The notes beneath the pieces were generated by a model. That model was not told where the DNA came from. It saw nothing but the letters and a program-made list of their open reading frames with translations, and ran no database searches. From assembly GCF_009914755.1 (NCBI RefSeq), contig NC_060926.1: 64,000 nt of DNA, one strand, 5' to 3'. Positions 28,399-42,300 of this stretch are shown piece after piece. Numbering within the stretch: the first letter of the stretch is position 1; each line of letters starts with the position of its first letter. Source of the stretch: the human T2T-CHM13v2.0 reference genome, Homo sapiens. Position numbers and translations under genes: made by a program.

Positions 28399-28899
28399 CT
28401 ACTAGGAAAGTGTTGGAGTGAGCTTTCCTTTCTATTGTTAATACTATAGCAAAATGCTGAAGTGTTTTTAATCTGATAAAGAAAAGACATTACTGGAATG
28501 TTCATATTGCAGCCCATTTAAAAGCATCTTGGAAGTGCATCCGGTGGTGATTGAGAGGCAGATTAGATGGAGAGAAACTAATGAAGTGAGTGAGAAAATG
28601 ATGTTGGGGAAGATTCTTGTCTCTTTTCTTTCTTGAGATACTAGAGCCACCTGAACCCTGATAAATATGGGTTTTTTTTATTTTTAAGGCCTCACACATA
28701 TCAGGAAGGTAGCAAAGCAGAATTAAATTGCATGATTTTCATTTTCACTGGGCTTTAATGTTTTACGTGCATGTTGTTTATGGCTTTCCTGGTTTTACTA
28801 CTTAGACACATCATTCTTGCCTAGGGTCAACATAGAAGCAACAGAAGGTGTTTTATCTGAATTTATTTTTGTAGATTTCATGGCCAGAAAGTAATAAAA

Positions 28900-29295
28900 A
28901 AATAATAATGTTAGATTTTCATTCAACACGAAGCACAGTGCCTGGCCATAGTGGGCAACATAATACGTGTTGGCTGAATGAAAGAATCAAAATAAGCTTA
29001 GAATAAAATCTCAACTGATCACTGGGAAGTTGTGGTGCTTACTTATGTGTGATCTGGCTCCTGCTCAATTCTCTAATCTTTTCATGATGAACTTGCACTG
29101 TTTCCCACCTGCTCCCCACCTGCTCTCCTGTATTCCAGCCATCGATGCCTCCTTTCCGTTGCCCTACCTGTCTGAGCTCTTTCCCACTTCAGGGGCTTTG
29201 CATGTGCAGTTCCCTCCATCTATCACACCCTCCCTTGGGTCTTTCCATCTCTGGCTCCTTCAAGCCACTGCTCTCACCTCCTTTAAAGTCCTCTG
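28900..29295 (+). mobile_element. L2 fragments
   Basis: GCACAGTGCCTGGC.ATAGT..GGCTGAATGAA terminus and CTTCAGGG.CTTTGCA..TGC.GTTCCCT motif. Confidence 0.6.
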
Positions 29296-29307
29296 TGACA
29301 CGCTCTG

Positions 29308-29902
29308 GTGTGCAGACTCTACGGTGACCTCCATGATCCCCGCCTGCAGTGTTCATGCCTTTGGATAATCCCCTTCTTTGAGTGTTGATGGATCTGTGAC
29401 TTGTTGCTAACCAAAAGAATATGGTAAAGGCAATCAGATATGCCCGTGATTATGTTACATTATATAAGACTGTCTTGCTGGAGACTTTCTTTGCTGACTT
29501 GATGAAGTAATCAGCAATGTTGGGAAAGCCCCTGTGTCAAGGAACTATGGACAGCTACTAGGAGCTGAGGGCCACCTTCCACCAATGGCGAGCAAGAAGC
29601 CCAACCCTCATTTTTATAGCTGCAAATACATACGTACATACATACATACATACATACATACACACATACATACTTCTGCCAGTAACTTGAGTGAGTTTGA
29701 AAGTAGATTTTTTCCCCATTCAAGCCTACAGGTGAAAATACAGCCAAGTTGACACCTTGATTGCTGTCTTTTAAGACCCTAAAGAGGACCCAGCTAAGCT
29801 GTGCCTAGACTCTTGGCCTGCAGAAAACATGAGATAATGTGTGTTGTTTTAAGCTGCTAAGTTTGTGGTAATTTGTTATGCACTAATATATAACTAATAG
29901 AC
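29308..29902 (+). mobile_element. MLT1 (F-like) MaLR LTR containing (TACA)n at ~29626-29672
   Basis: Ends TGTGTTGTTTTAAGCTGCTAAGTTTGTGGTAATTTGTTATGCA..AACTAATA.A. Confidence 0.85.
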
Positions 29903-30859
29903 ACTGCATCTAGCTAATATTACTCTCAATTACTCCCTAATATCACCTTGTTTAAATTTTAAAATCTAGTGGCATGTTCATTTACTTTCAGTTATTTAAT
30001 ATCCCTTCTCCTGAATATATTACTAATTTTATAACCTCTGAAAAATCACTTGAATTCTCTGAAGTTGTTTCCTCATCTATAAACTGGGGTTTTGGAAGGT
30101 TATGGAAGTAACTAAGCTTGTGTTTGGGAGGATCCCTTGTGATCTTTTAATTCCTGCCTTTTCTGACTTCTGCATAGCTTTAACTGGATGATTCATCCTT
30201 TATGCCCTAGATTTTGATGTATACAGGGCCCTAACATCTTGTGTTACTCCCTGGATTCTTGACTTTTCTACCTGGCTTTCCAGGTGGAAAACAACACTGT
30301 TTATCTCTGTCCCCTTTATTACAATCCGTGGGCTGAGCTTATTAAACAAGAAGGATAGTGATGGCTACCAGCCTGTAGCAAATGAGAATTTTGAGTCTGG
30401 TATTTTTCTAAGTACTGTGATGGTCATGGAAAAGAGTGGTCTCACCAGGCCAATTCCATGGCCCTTTTCCCACTAGATAAACAGAATGTGTAGATTATCC
30501 TTCTGGCAGCATTGACTGGGAACTTCATGAACAGATTGTGCTCCCAATTAGCTGGCGAATGAATACTGAGCCTGGACTATTTAAAAGAGTTAGGAGCAGA
30601 TCCTCAAGACCTGAAAAATGGTAACAGAGTTCTTGGATAACTGTCATACTTCATCTGAACTTGTGTTTCGTAGGGTCCCAAAGATCTACCTCTGCCTTCA
30701 TGGCTTCCACAAATAATCACCCAGCTTATTTGTATCTTTTGATATAAATCTTATTATATGTTACCCTAGCCCTTTAACAAAATGTATGTGGATGAAATGC
30801 CACAGAATTATAGAAAGTTGATGTAGAAAGGGACTTAGCAACAATAAAATACTAATGAT

Positions 30860-31475
30860 GGGTAGCATTTTTTAATACTCCGTGTCATGGACTGTGCAGA
30901 GTGCTTAATACGCAGTGTCTCATTTAATGTGATCCAACTCACTCATTTTACAGATGGAAAAATCTGGCCATTTGGTTTATTGGTAGCTTTCACTTATAGT
31001 GTGGACTCTACTTCATCATAGTGCTTAAATATGAACGATTGAGTGTATAAACTGCATTTGTATGACAGCTTAAAAGTGGACAATGTAGCACAGTAGTTAG
31101 CAGCTCTAGTCTTTGGGTAATACAAATCTTGATTTGAATCCTGGCTCTGCTACTTACCAGCTGTGTAACATTGAGTCAGTTACTTAACCTCTATGAACCA
31201 CTATTTCTCCATTGGTATCATGGAGATTATAATGCTACACTGGGTTGTGGTAAGAATGAAATAACATCTAGAATGTAAAATTAATACTACCAAGTGATTG
31301 TGCATAGATGATAGCTATTATTATAAAGTGATTTCATACCAATTAAACTTCATGTCATATCTTTACTGTTGTAACCCATATTTTATTTTAATATCTTATT
31401 TTACACATTTCACAGATGAGGAAATGAAGTCACAGAAGGAAGGGTCATTTCCTTAGTAATATTAGGCAAGAGCTA
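30860..31475. mobile_element. Cluster of MIR fragments (best copy 31080-31320, +)
   Basis: TTTGAATCCTGGCTCTGCTACTTACCAGCTGTGTAAC.TTG..CAGTTACTTAACCTCT; CATTT.ACAGATG.GGAAA. Confidence 0.75.
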
Positions 31476-31807
<332 letters not shown>

Positions 31808-32234
31808 TCAGGTTTCTCTATTTGCTGGAAACTTAGCTCTTTGCCTTAGGCTTTAACTCCTTGAGTACGGGAATTTTGCTTCTCCAGGGAAACCAGCACA
31901 TTAGGTCTTTGATAGCTATGTGTTTATTTTTTAACAACAAGTTAACACGTAATTCAAAAGACATATGTCAAGTCACTTATCCCTTAAACCAAATCTTAAA
32001 TGTAAAAGAGGTATCACAGGAGGGCAAGTGTAGCATGACATATCCAGGGATCTGGTAAAGGGCACCACAGCAGTTACTTGGACCTGTTCTGGAGGAGTTA
32101 ATTATATAAGCCAATTATACATATATTAGTCTAAGGATCAATACATGTATATATGCCATACTTTTCCTCCATGCTTTCTGTCTGCCTGAGCACAGTTCCA
32201 GAATTTTATTCTCATAGGAAAATTGGGCTTAACT

Positions 32235-33660
32235 AATTAATTCACTTAATGGGTATTTATTGAGATCCTCACATGTGTCAGGCACTGTATTAGACCCTGA
32301 GTCTACAATAATGAGTGAAAGCTATTTCCTTATGAAATTCATAGGAGGGAAGAAAAATGAAATGTTGACTAGAAAAACATGATTGTGATAAGTACTATTG
32401 AGATTGAGATAAGCTTAAATTGCTCTTAGAACACGTAGTGGGGATACCTGATCAGGATTAGGAAGATCAGAGGAGACTTGTTGAAAGAAATGATAGTGAA
32501 TTAAGTCCAAAGGAGTTAACCAGGCAGATAATAGAAAAGAGACGTATTAAGTGCTACATGCTCAAAGACATGGAAATTTGAATTATCAGAGACCATTCTG
32601 GAACCTATAGGTAATGCAATATAGCTGAAATTCACAGAGGGAGAGGGTCAGGGCAATGAATATAAGTGGTGAAGCAATCATGGGCAGATCTTGAAGACCT
32701 TATAATCCACAAGAAGGATATTGGACTAAAACCTATGAGAAACGTTGAAGGGTTTTAAGCAAGAGGATGGCATAGTTATGTTTACAAAGATGACTGATCA
32801 TCTGTGAAGAATAAGACTCAAGGGTTAGTGCTGCTGGCAGAGGAAACTTCAAGAGGCTGGTGTCATAAACCAAGTAGAAATTGTAACAATGACTTTGTAA
32901 TCAAAAACAAAGGATTGAAGATAAAGAAGAAGCTGCAGGTGATTCCTAGATATTTGACTTGGGTGACTAGGAAATGGTGGTATAATTCACTGAACTAAGA
33001 AATAAGGAGAAGCAGATTTTAATGGAAAATGTGATTCTGTTTTGGAGCTATTACATGTGAAGAACTTAAAGGGCTCTCGTATGGAGATTTCTAGCAGGCA
33101 GTTTTTCAGGTTGGAAGAGGAATCAAAGGTAGGGATGTAGATTTGGGAGTCATTGAGGTACAAATAATTAGTGAAGCCAAGGGAAAGGATAACTTAAGGA
33201 GAGCTTTCATGGGTGCATGTAGTGAGAAGAAGGGAGAGGAGAAAGAATGGATCAGGATTTTGGAGGGAAGCAATGGTGTCACTGAAATTAAAGTTGGAGA
33301 AAATGATGAGGTTAGGGAATAATTTATAGTCGCAAATGTTGTAGAGAGAGACGGAGCAGGAAAAATAAGGACTGAAAAGTGTTAATTGAATTTAACCACA
33401 CATAGGTCACTAGTGACCATGGTAAGAACAGTTTCAAAGAAGAGCCAGAAACCAAGATGGTTATATGAAGGATAAAGTAATGGCAGCAAATGGAGACAAT
33501 TCTTTTAAGAAGCCTGCATATGAAAAGGATAGAAAAGAGGGACAGAGCTTTGAAGGAGTTTTTTGGGGCTCTTTGTGTATTTGTTTGTGTTTGTGTGCAC
33601 ACGCATAGGTTTTAAAGATGAAAAAAAAACTTGTATATATTTATATTTGGAAGGTAAAGA
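32235..33660 (-). mobile_element. L2 (long decayed fragment)
   Basis: TATTTATTGAG..CATGTGTCAGGCACTGT start, purine-rich L2 body (GTAGATTTGGGAGTCAT, AGGTCACTAGTGACC). Confidence 0.75.
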
Positions 33661-33664
33661 ACCG

Positions 33665-33990
33665 GTGGGTGGTGTGGAATTCATACTCAATTTTTCTACC
33701 CTTTGGGCGCATAGCAGATAAGATTTCACTTTCTCACACCCTTTGAAGTTAGAGCTATGTGACTTGGTATTGCTAGTGAAGTGTAAGCAGATGTGACATT
33801 GTCAGTTGGGGTGGAAACTAGAGCCAGTGTACAATTTTCTACCTTTCCCTTTCCTGTTTCCGTGTTCTAGAAACCATGTGTCAAGATAAATCTCCCACTA
33901 GCCTGAGTCCCTGAAAGAATGCAGTGAAATGAACACAGCTTCCCAGGTGACCTGAATTGAGTATGTAACATGAGCTAAAAGTCAGGAACT
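33665..33990 (+). mobile_element. Old MLT1 (I/J-like) LTR
   Basis: CCCTTTGAAGTTAG..TATGTGACTT..GAAGTGTAAGCAGATGTGACAT; AGCCTGAGTCCCTGA. Confidence 0.6.
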
Positions 33991-34114
33991 TATTTAATGC
34001 TGATTTCTCTTATCTCGCATTCTGCATTGCATCTCAGCTCTGTGTCTACCATTTCCTTTTTTTCTCTTCAGAACTATTCTGTGCAATGTACAACATTTCC
34101 TGTATGACCACCCC

Positions 34115-34371
34115 ATTCATTTCAGGCCTTTGGACTCAAACCTGGATTTACATCATTGTACCCCTGTACCCCATCCTTTCCCTGGCCTTTGGACTTAGAC
34201 TGAATGACAACCCTGGCTTTCTCGGGTCTCCAGCTCGCAGGTAGCAGATTGTAGAACTCTCAGTCTTCATAATTATATGAGCCTTTTCCTATGGTAAATG
34301 TCTCTGTCTCTCCTCTCCTTTCTTCTCATCTCCTATTGATCCTGTTTCTCTGGAGAGCCCTGACTAATACA
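34115..34371 (+). mobile_element. MLT2 LTR 3' part
   Basis: GGCCTTTGGACT repeats; end CTGTTTCTCTGGAGAGCCCTGACTAATACA. Confidence 0.8.
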
Positions 34372-35574
34372 CTATTCACGTGGTCTTTCTAGATGTACAA
34401 TATTTAGGTGATTAAGATAATTTCTTATTAAAACTTCATTTTACAGATAAGAAAATTAAGACCCAGAGTGGAGTGAAATGAAAACCCAGGTTTCTTTCTC
34501 TTCTCAGTCTTCTTTTTCCCATGCCCTGACTTCCAGTTTCTTTATGATGCCTGGTCACATATCTAGCTTTGATTCATGACTTACATTTGGCCCAGGGTAG
34601 AATCCCTGACTTTCTCATGACTTACTCTTTTCCTTTGAGCCTGGCCTTTACCTTACTTTACCTGCTCCAATTTTTAGCTATTTTCTTCCTCTGCTGTGCC
34701 CTGAGTTTAGTGTGACACTGGGGACTTGCCTATATCCAAAAGCTGTTATTTTAGAGCACGCACATTGTGAGGCCTTAAAACACAAAGAATCAGAAGGGCT
34801 GCTGAGCGAGGTCAGAAGTGTCTTGCACCTGCCCAGGGTTGAGCAGGTGGAATAGTGGCCAGTAAGGCCGCAAGGCTCAGGGGTGCACCAGACCCTGAGG
34901 CTTCCTGTGGAGAGTTACAACTTAAAAAAGCATTAGAGGCCCTGAGGCCAGCTCTGTGTTCTTAAAGTACTCCAGGGATGCTTTTAGTATTTTAGAAGAA
35001 AGATAGCTTTCTAGAAGGGAATAAGTTTGCCACTCAGAGATGGAAGCAATTCTCTAAACCAAACCTTGAGAAAAATTCTGATGATTTATAAGCTTAATAC
35101 TAGCTTCTGTCTATCAGCAAAATTTTGAAAAGCTAGATGAGACTTTACTAGTTTAGGGAATACGTACAATGACTATTTTTGGTTAAATTTAAAAAAGCTA
35201 TACATTATTATTATTCATTGAAAAGTATTTGAAGAATAGTTGTGAGTTGTACAAGACTAACATTTCAAAGCAAGAGGGACCAAGTAATTTGAATATTCAA
35301 AACTGACCTTATTTTATCCCTGGGTTGCCTTTAGTACCCATTTTCCAAAATGCAAAGCAGCAACTTCCCTAAAAAGCATTCATCTCTGTCAGATTTGTTT
35401 ATCAGATTAGCTAGCAGAGAGCTAGTTTGGCCTACTTCCTGCTGCTCAGGGCTGCCTGGAGGCAAAACTGAGACTGGGAGAAGACTAGATGGGCTTGATT
35501 AAAGGTAGAGTTTATTGAAGTTTCTTTGGTTGGGAAGGAGGAAAGGAAGCCTTCTCTAAAAGAAAAAAGGCAGT

Positions 35575-35618
35575 GGGCCCTGAACTAACTTGACCCAGGG
35601 CCTGAACTAACTTGACCA
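35575..35618. repeat. 22-bp tandem duplication
   Basis: CCTGAACTAACTTGACC at 35579 and 35601. Confidence 0.9.
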
Positions 35619-36742
35619 GTTTGGGCGATTCAATTAAAATAAATATTCAAATGCATCAAACAGGTTTTAAATAATTAGGAAATATATGCAAAATAGTTTA
35701 AAATTTGTGTTTGTTGTGGTTATCTGAAACAACTGATCTCGAAGCCTAATTCTATCAAAATAACAAAATGTAATTCATAGCATTAGGAATAGAACTCATC
35801 TATCCGCATGTGTTGGTGTCCTTTGTCCTTCTGGCGGTTACCATTTCTTGTTTACATTGAGGTGGTTGGTCGTGGTGAGGAGGGAGGAAGCATCAACTTG
35901 CAATTGCAAAATGTATACTGGAATTCCAAAAAGCCACGCCTATTAAATTCTCTCCATCTTCTCTCCCTATTCAATAACTTTTTATCTTAATTTCGTGGGT
36001 CAGATATTAGGATGAGCCAGAATTGCAGGTTCTGCCAAGAAGGAAATGGCTAAGAGAAAAATATTTTTTACTGCTTAATATTTATTGAATCCATCTATAT
36101 CTAATTACAATATTGTGTTTCATCTCCTACAAGATTGCTTTTGTGCATGGAGTGAGATGACCTGTAACGTATGCTACCATTATTATCAGGGCCTCCTTAT
36201 AGTTATCATTGTTGATTTAAAATCTTAGCCAACCACAGTGTGCAGAAATCTGAAGCAAAATTAGCATCCTGTGACTGTACATTTCTACTCGATTAAAAAA
36301 GGTCCTTATGAAACCCAGTATAATTCCTTCCTGCACATACCTTCATTTGCTGCTAAATGGGCTGATACACACAAAAATACAATATAGAACATTTTGAATG
36401 GTGGGAGTGTGAACTTTTTTAGCATGTATTTTTTTGCATATGTTTGTGCACATAATATATTCAAAACTACTACTCTATTCATTAAGCAGATTTTTACTGC
36501 TAAATTAGGAAGGAAGAGTGGGAAGGATAGTGCACGTACTGCATGTAGTGGGCACTCAGTATAGGTTTGCTGAGTTGAATCAGATCCTCTGTATGCCTGA
36601 GACAGTGTTGGAGTGATGGTGAGACAACAGAGGCTATGCGTTCCTTGGGAGAAGTCTCAGAGGTTGGTTGACTCCTCAGTTCTCACATTCCCAGTCTTTA
36701 ACAATGGGGGTACTTTTGTTCTTCTTAAGTTGTCTAAGTCCT

Positions 36743-36872
36743 TATTTATTTTTTGATAGAGACAGTCTCACTGTGTTGCCCAGGTGGGTCTTGAACTCTT
36801 GGGCTCAAGTGATCCTCCCGCTTCAGCCTCTCAAAGTGCTGAAATTACAGACATGAGCCATGGTCCCTGGCC
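36743..36872 (-). mobile_element. FLAM
   Basis: Single left-arm monomer; TSD CTAAGTC(C/T)TTA. Confidence 0.85.
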
Positions 36873-37378
36873 TAAGTCTTTAATTTTGTTCCTTCTTGTC
36901 TGTTGACTTGAGAAGGCCACCTGCAAAGGGAGGGTGAACCATGAATTGGTACAGAGAGAAATTTCTCAAAAAGAAAAGTTAGGGAAGAGAAGAAAAGGGA
37001 CTAAATAAGATACATATTTTTCTTTAATTTAACTCACAAACACAGAGAAAAATTTAGCTGGAAAGGTTTTCTTTTTTAACTCAAAAATTTGAGCTTTCTA
37101 AACCAATAAAAACACATAGCAAATTCTTTTTTGTCTTCCTTTATGGAAAACTACCTGAATCCTTATAAAGGAGACATAATGACTGAAAATGAATTTTTTA
37201 TTTTGGAAAAATACACTAACTGTATGTATCTGATGATGTGTAACCCACTCATTTATTGAAATAAAAATGGTAAAAAGTAATGTCATGCTTATATCTTTTG
37301 CTTGACCTTTTAACTTCTGTTTTCCTATTTTTGTGCGACTGATTTCTTTGAGACCAGAAGACATTCATTTTAGTCCTT

Positions 37379-37408
37379 ACACACACACACACATACACAC
37401 ACACACAC
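37379..37408. repeat. (CA)n microsatellite
   Basis: ~15 units with one interruption. Confidence 0.95.
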
Positions 37409-37840
37409 TCTTTCATTATTATCTGAAAGGTAAGTTATTTTTTGTGTGAAATGATTGGAATCCAGGAAGGCTAATCTAGTCATTCTGTACCTTCTAGAAT
37501 AAATTAAAGAAATTGAAATTGAGCTTTCTAAGTGAAAGGTCAAAGTGATCCAGTATTACTTTTGCATCCATTAAAGTACCAAAAAAAAAAGACCCAATAT
37601 TACTTTTAGAGATAATGTCAATGATATCTTACATGAAAAATATTGCCCTAGCCGCTTGTGTGTTGTGATTCCATGGTGAAAGATATTGCAGAATCAGTAG
37701 TATTGTATTCGCTCAGAAGTTTGTATTTTGTTAATCTATCACCTAAAATGTGATGGAACCCAAATTTAAATTTCTAGTCCTAACATTTTCCTAAGTTCAA
37801 GAGAGTTACTTTCAAATGCCAACTGTACATTTCTAACTGC

Positions 37841-38252
37841 TATAGGTAGACTTTTAGGATGGCCCCATGACTTTTGCCCTGGGTGTTGCTCTGGTGATAT
37901 ATTCAATTACATGGCAAAGATTAGTCATCAGTTGGCTTTAAGATAGGGATATTATCTGGGTGGGCCTAATCAAATCATGTGAGTACTTTAAAAACAGAAA
38001 GTTTTCTCTAGTTGGTAGCAGATAGGAAAATCAGATAAATTCAAAGCATGGGGAAGATCTGATGCTCTGTTGCTGAATTGAAGATGGAGAAACCCAAGAA
38101 GCAGGAACCTAAGAGTGACAACCTGGATGAACTTGGATGTGGATTCTTCCTTCTGGCCTCAGATAAGAAAAAGCCCAGCCTTGACAGACACTTTGATTTT
38201 TCTCAGCAGAAAACCCAGTTAATCCTGCCTGGACTTCTGATCTACAGAACTG
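37841..38252 (+). mobile_element. MLT1 (D/E-like) LTR, 3'-truncated
   Basis: GATGGCCCC..., ATTATCTGGGTGGGCCTAAT, GGACTTCTGATCTACAGAACTGT. Confidence 0.8.
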
Positions 38253-38798
38253 TTGCTCTCTGCCCCAGGTCAGGGAATGGCTGTGGGTGTGGCAGGGCTC
38301 AATTCAGCCCCTGGGCCCACCAAACCTTGGATGGAGCAAGGCAGTACTTATCCATCTAGACGTGGAACATCACAGCACATTTAAGTGACTCAGCAGAGTC
38401 TTCTTGCCAACCCCTGATCCAGGTAGTGAGAGAGTATCCTGGCATGGAGGTGCCAACACCTTGGGGGTCTCCTATCCAGCATTTTTTGTGGCAGTGGGCC
38501 ATAGAAAGAAGATATTAACTATGTTCATAATTTTTTGCTAAACAGGCTTCCTTCTATTCAACTACTTTTACAACTGAAATTCAAATCAATCTTTTGGTAT
38601 ACAGTACCAGTCACCAAGAAAAAAGTGTCAGTCATCATTTGTGTATCCATAAATCACTACTGTTTGCCTATAATTCATTTTTGTCACGTAGTCTTCATGA
38701 CCTTTGCATTTGGGTACTCAACTATCCTTTCATGGATTGTATTGTGTTGTGTTTGAGTAGGTTTCAACTCAGTAATTCCTGGATTGGCTCTATGTTCA

Positions 38799-39364
<566 letters not shown>

Positions 39365-41634
39365 TCAGTTTTTCCATCTGTAAAATGTTTGTTCTGAATA
39401 GGTCAGTAGGTATGGGAATGGAAATAAGGTCATCCCTCAAGAGCTCCATCCATATACCCTCATACTTCTCATGGAAATACCTTAGAATGGAAATCGGAGC
39501 TTTTAAATCAACAAGCAAATACGGAAGGCCTAATTATGTGATACGCAGAGAACAGCCAATTTAAGGATGCCCTCCCCTCTTTGGGGGTAATTTAACGATC
39601 CCACAGCTATATATTTGATTGTGCTTTCACACTTGATAGCAGATTAAATATTTTTGAACTGGAGAAGTATAAGACTTACGTGTTTGCGCTTAACAGTAGT
39701 GCAAACTCCATTAAGTTACCCTAAGCATTGGATTTTCTTAAAAAAAAAAAAATCCAGAGATGGTTTTGGCTAGATAATCTTACTTTACCAGCTCATCCTT
39801 AGATAATCATAGTTTGACAATTATCTATACACCAAGACTTGTTTATCAATATTGTACAGTCTGGGATTATACTATAGTAGTCCTGACAGTATCATTGCCT
39901 TATATAAAAATTTCTGTCTTATTTATGGAGAATAAATAATAAACAGGCCAGTTTCTGCATCTGACCAATTAGTGAGTTTGGAAGTAGAATTTTTAGGACA
40001 ATTATACAGAATTTCAAAGGCAGGGCATTTTAACAGGGCAGTGGCCCTTTGAACAGTCATGCGGTTGCGTTCATTGCAAGGGCATCTACATTGAGGAGGC
40101 AAGGACACATGTCCCCAGCCTTTATACAAATGTGTTCTTTTTCTCTTCTTTCTCTTTTCATTTAACATGACATTTCTGCCTTGATTCCTTCTGACCTGAA
40201 TTTTGAACTCTTGCCCACAAAAAAGATGTAAAGTCTTCAAAACACACAAAAAACCACTGCATTAGGCTACTTCATATTGCACCCAGTTTTAGACTTGATT
40301 TGCAGAAGGTTGTTCCTTTAAAATCCTTTTTGTCCTTTTTGAAATTAATATACTGCAACACCTGTTAATATGGCTGGACCATTCACAGTTCTAATTTGAA
40401 TCATTTAGCTGTTTAAAAAATGATAGGGAGTAGCTTTCATCCCTTTGGTGGTATGCTGAGATTAAATGCTGACTTTCTCAAGCCTTAGCAGGCAGTCTAA
40501 GTGAGGACACTTCAGAAGAGATGCTGAACAGACCTGAGAAGCCGCAAACATCTATGACACTCTCAAGGTGAAATTCAGCAGGCTTCTGCTGTTATAGTTT
40601 CTAAAAGTGAATACAGGATTTGGCATTGCTGAGACTTACCTCTACCCAAAGAACTCAAAGATTTGAGGGAGAGGAGAAGGCAGAGAGTTGGAACAGATGC
40701 CAAGGCAGCTGGAGACAGACCCTGAAATACATAATTGTAATCAGTTTAGTTAATAAACATGGGGTGCTTCCATGCACCATGTTTTTAAAGAAGTAATAGA
40801 CTTTTTATTGCTACTAAGCCTGAAATAAACAAGTGATTTGATCATTTTGTCTAGATTGATTGGTAATGAATCAATTAGCAACCATTAAATTCAGTCAATA
40901 GCCTAGTTACTAATTGGTTTACAAATCTACCACTCCAGTAAAATGGGTCAAATGTCTACATAAAGGCTTGGAAACTCAGTGTCCTAGAGAAAAGAGTATT
41001 TAAACACGTATTTATCATAGGCTTAAGTCAAGTGTATGAAATCTTTTATATCTTGATCCATATTGGGACAAATTGATTGAGTAACTGAAGGCCAGTTTTT
41101 GCAGAAAAGACTACCTGAAAAGGAAGAATTGTTATGTCTAGCCAAAAGGAAATGCCATGTTCCTACAATTCTCCAGCCTATAATAATATAAGCACTTTTA
41201 AAGTTCTGATTTACACTTTTTTTTTTCCCAAATACAATGTACCAAGCCTTGCAGTTTACTTCTGGGTATGTGAAGAATGGTCTCTGTAACAGCCCATGGT
41301 TGGTACCTAATGCAGTGCCACAAACTGCCTGGAGGCCATGACCAGAGATCTAAATATAGGTTGGAAATTTGGCTGGGAAATTCCTCTGCAGCCCAGGAAT
41401 GAGACATGAGGCCTAGAGCATAAACACAGCAGCTTATACATCTTTTCAGCAGCCTCTAGGCTATGATTGTTAAGTAGCCAGCACAAAAGAGGCTATCTTC
41501 TCCCCTCGTTAAATTTAACAAATACTGAAACATTCAGGATAAAAACACAAGCCCAGGTGCTTTTGGTTATGCCAGCAAACATATTTTAAAAGTGGACTAT
41601 TAAAAGCTTCCAATTAAATTCAAGTCAACTTTAA

Positions 41635-42300
41635 AGAATGCTACAGGAACAAACAAATCTTGCTATTTCAGTGGCTTAACATATAAAAATGTATTCCTTG
41701 TTCAAGCAAAATCTTCTGCAGGCTCAGTGGTTCTTACCTTTACCTCCCTTCCAAGTGGTAATTCAGGGCTCCCGATTGCTTCTGTCTTGTAGCCCCTCCA
41801 CTTTTCCACACAGGAGTCCTGGGTTGCTGCAGCTGAAAAAGAGAATTTAGAGGGTTGTTTGTAGACTTCTCACTGTTTCAGCTCTCAGGTGACAGATATC
41901 ATGTCCCAGCCATGGATGAAGCTGGAAACCATCATTCTCAGCAAACTATTGCAAGGACAAAAAACCAAACACTGCATGTTCTCACTCATAAGTGGGAATT
42001 GAACAATGAGAACACTTGGTCACAGGAAGGGGAACATCACACACTGGGGCCTGTTGTGGGGTGGGGGAAGCGGGGAGGGATAGCATTAGGAGATATACCT
42101 AACGTAAATGACGAGTTAATGGGTGCAGCACACCAACATGGCACATATATACATATGTAACAAACCTGCACATTGTATACATGTACCCTAGAACTTAAAG
42201 TATAATAAAAATATATATATAAAAAAAATCATGTCCCAGCATAGTTTACTGGCCTGAACTAATCACTTGGCCCACCTAACTGCAAGGTCTCTGAGAAGGG
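41635..42300 (-). mobile_element. Old MLT1 (K/L-like) LTR split by L1PA
   Basis: TTCAGTGGCTTAACA...; CTAATCAC.TGGCCCACCTAACTGCAAGG. Confidence 0.55.
41911..42227 (+). mobile_element. Young 5'-truncated L1PA 3' end (~320 bp)
   Basis: Near-consensus L1PA 3'UTR (CATGGATGAAGCTGGAAACC..ACTTAAAGTATAAT); perfect TSD ATCATGTCCCAGC (41898-41910 and 42228-42240). Confidence 0.93.

Noticed and set aside
34124-34205. Repeated GGCCTTTGGACT
   Set aside because: Intrinsic internal repeat of MLT2 LTRs.
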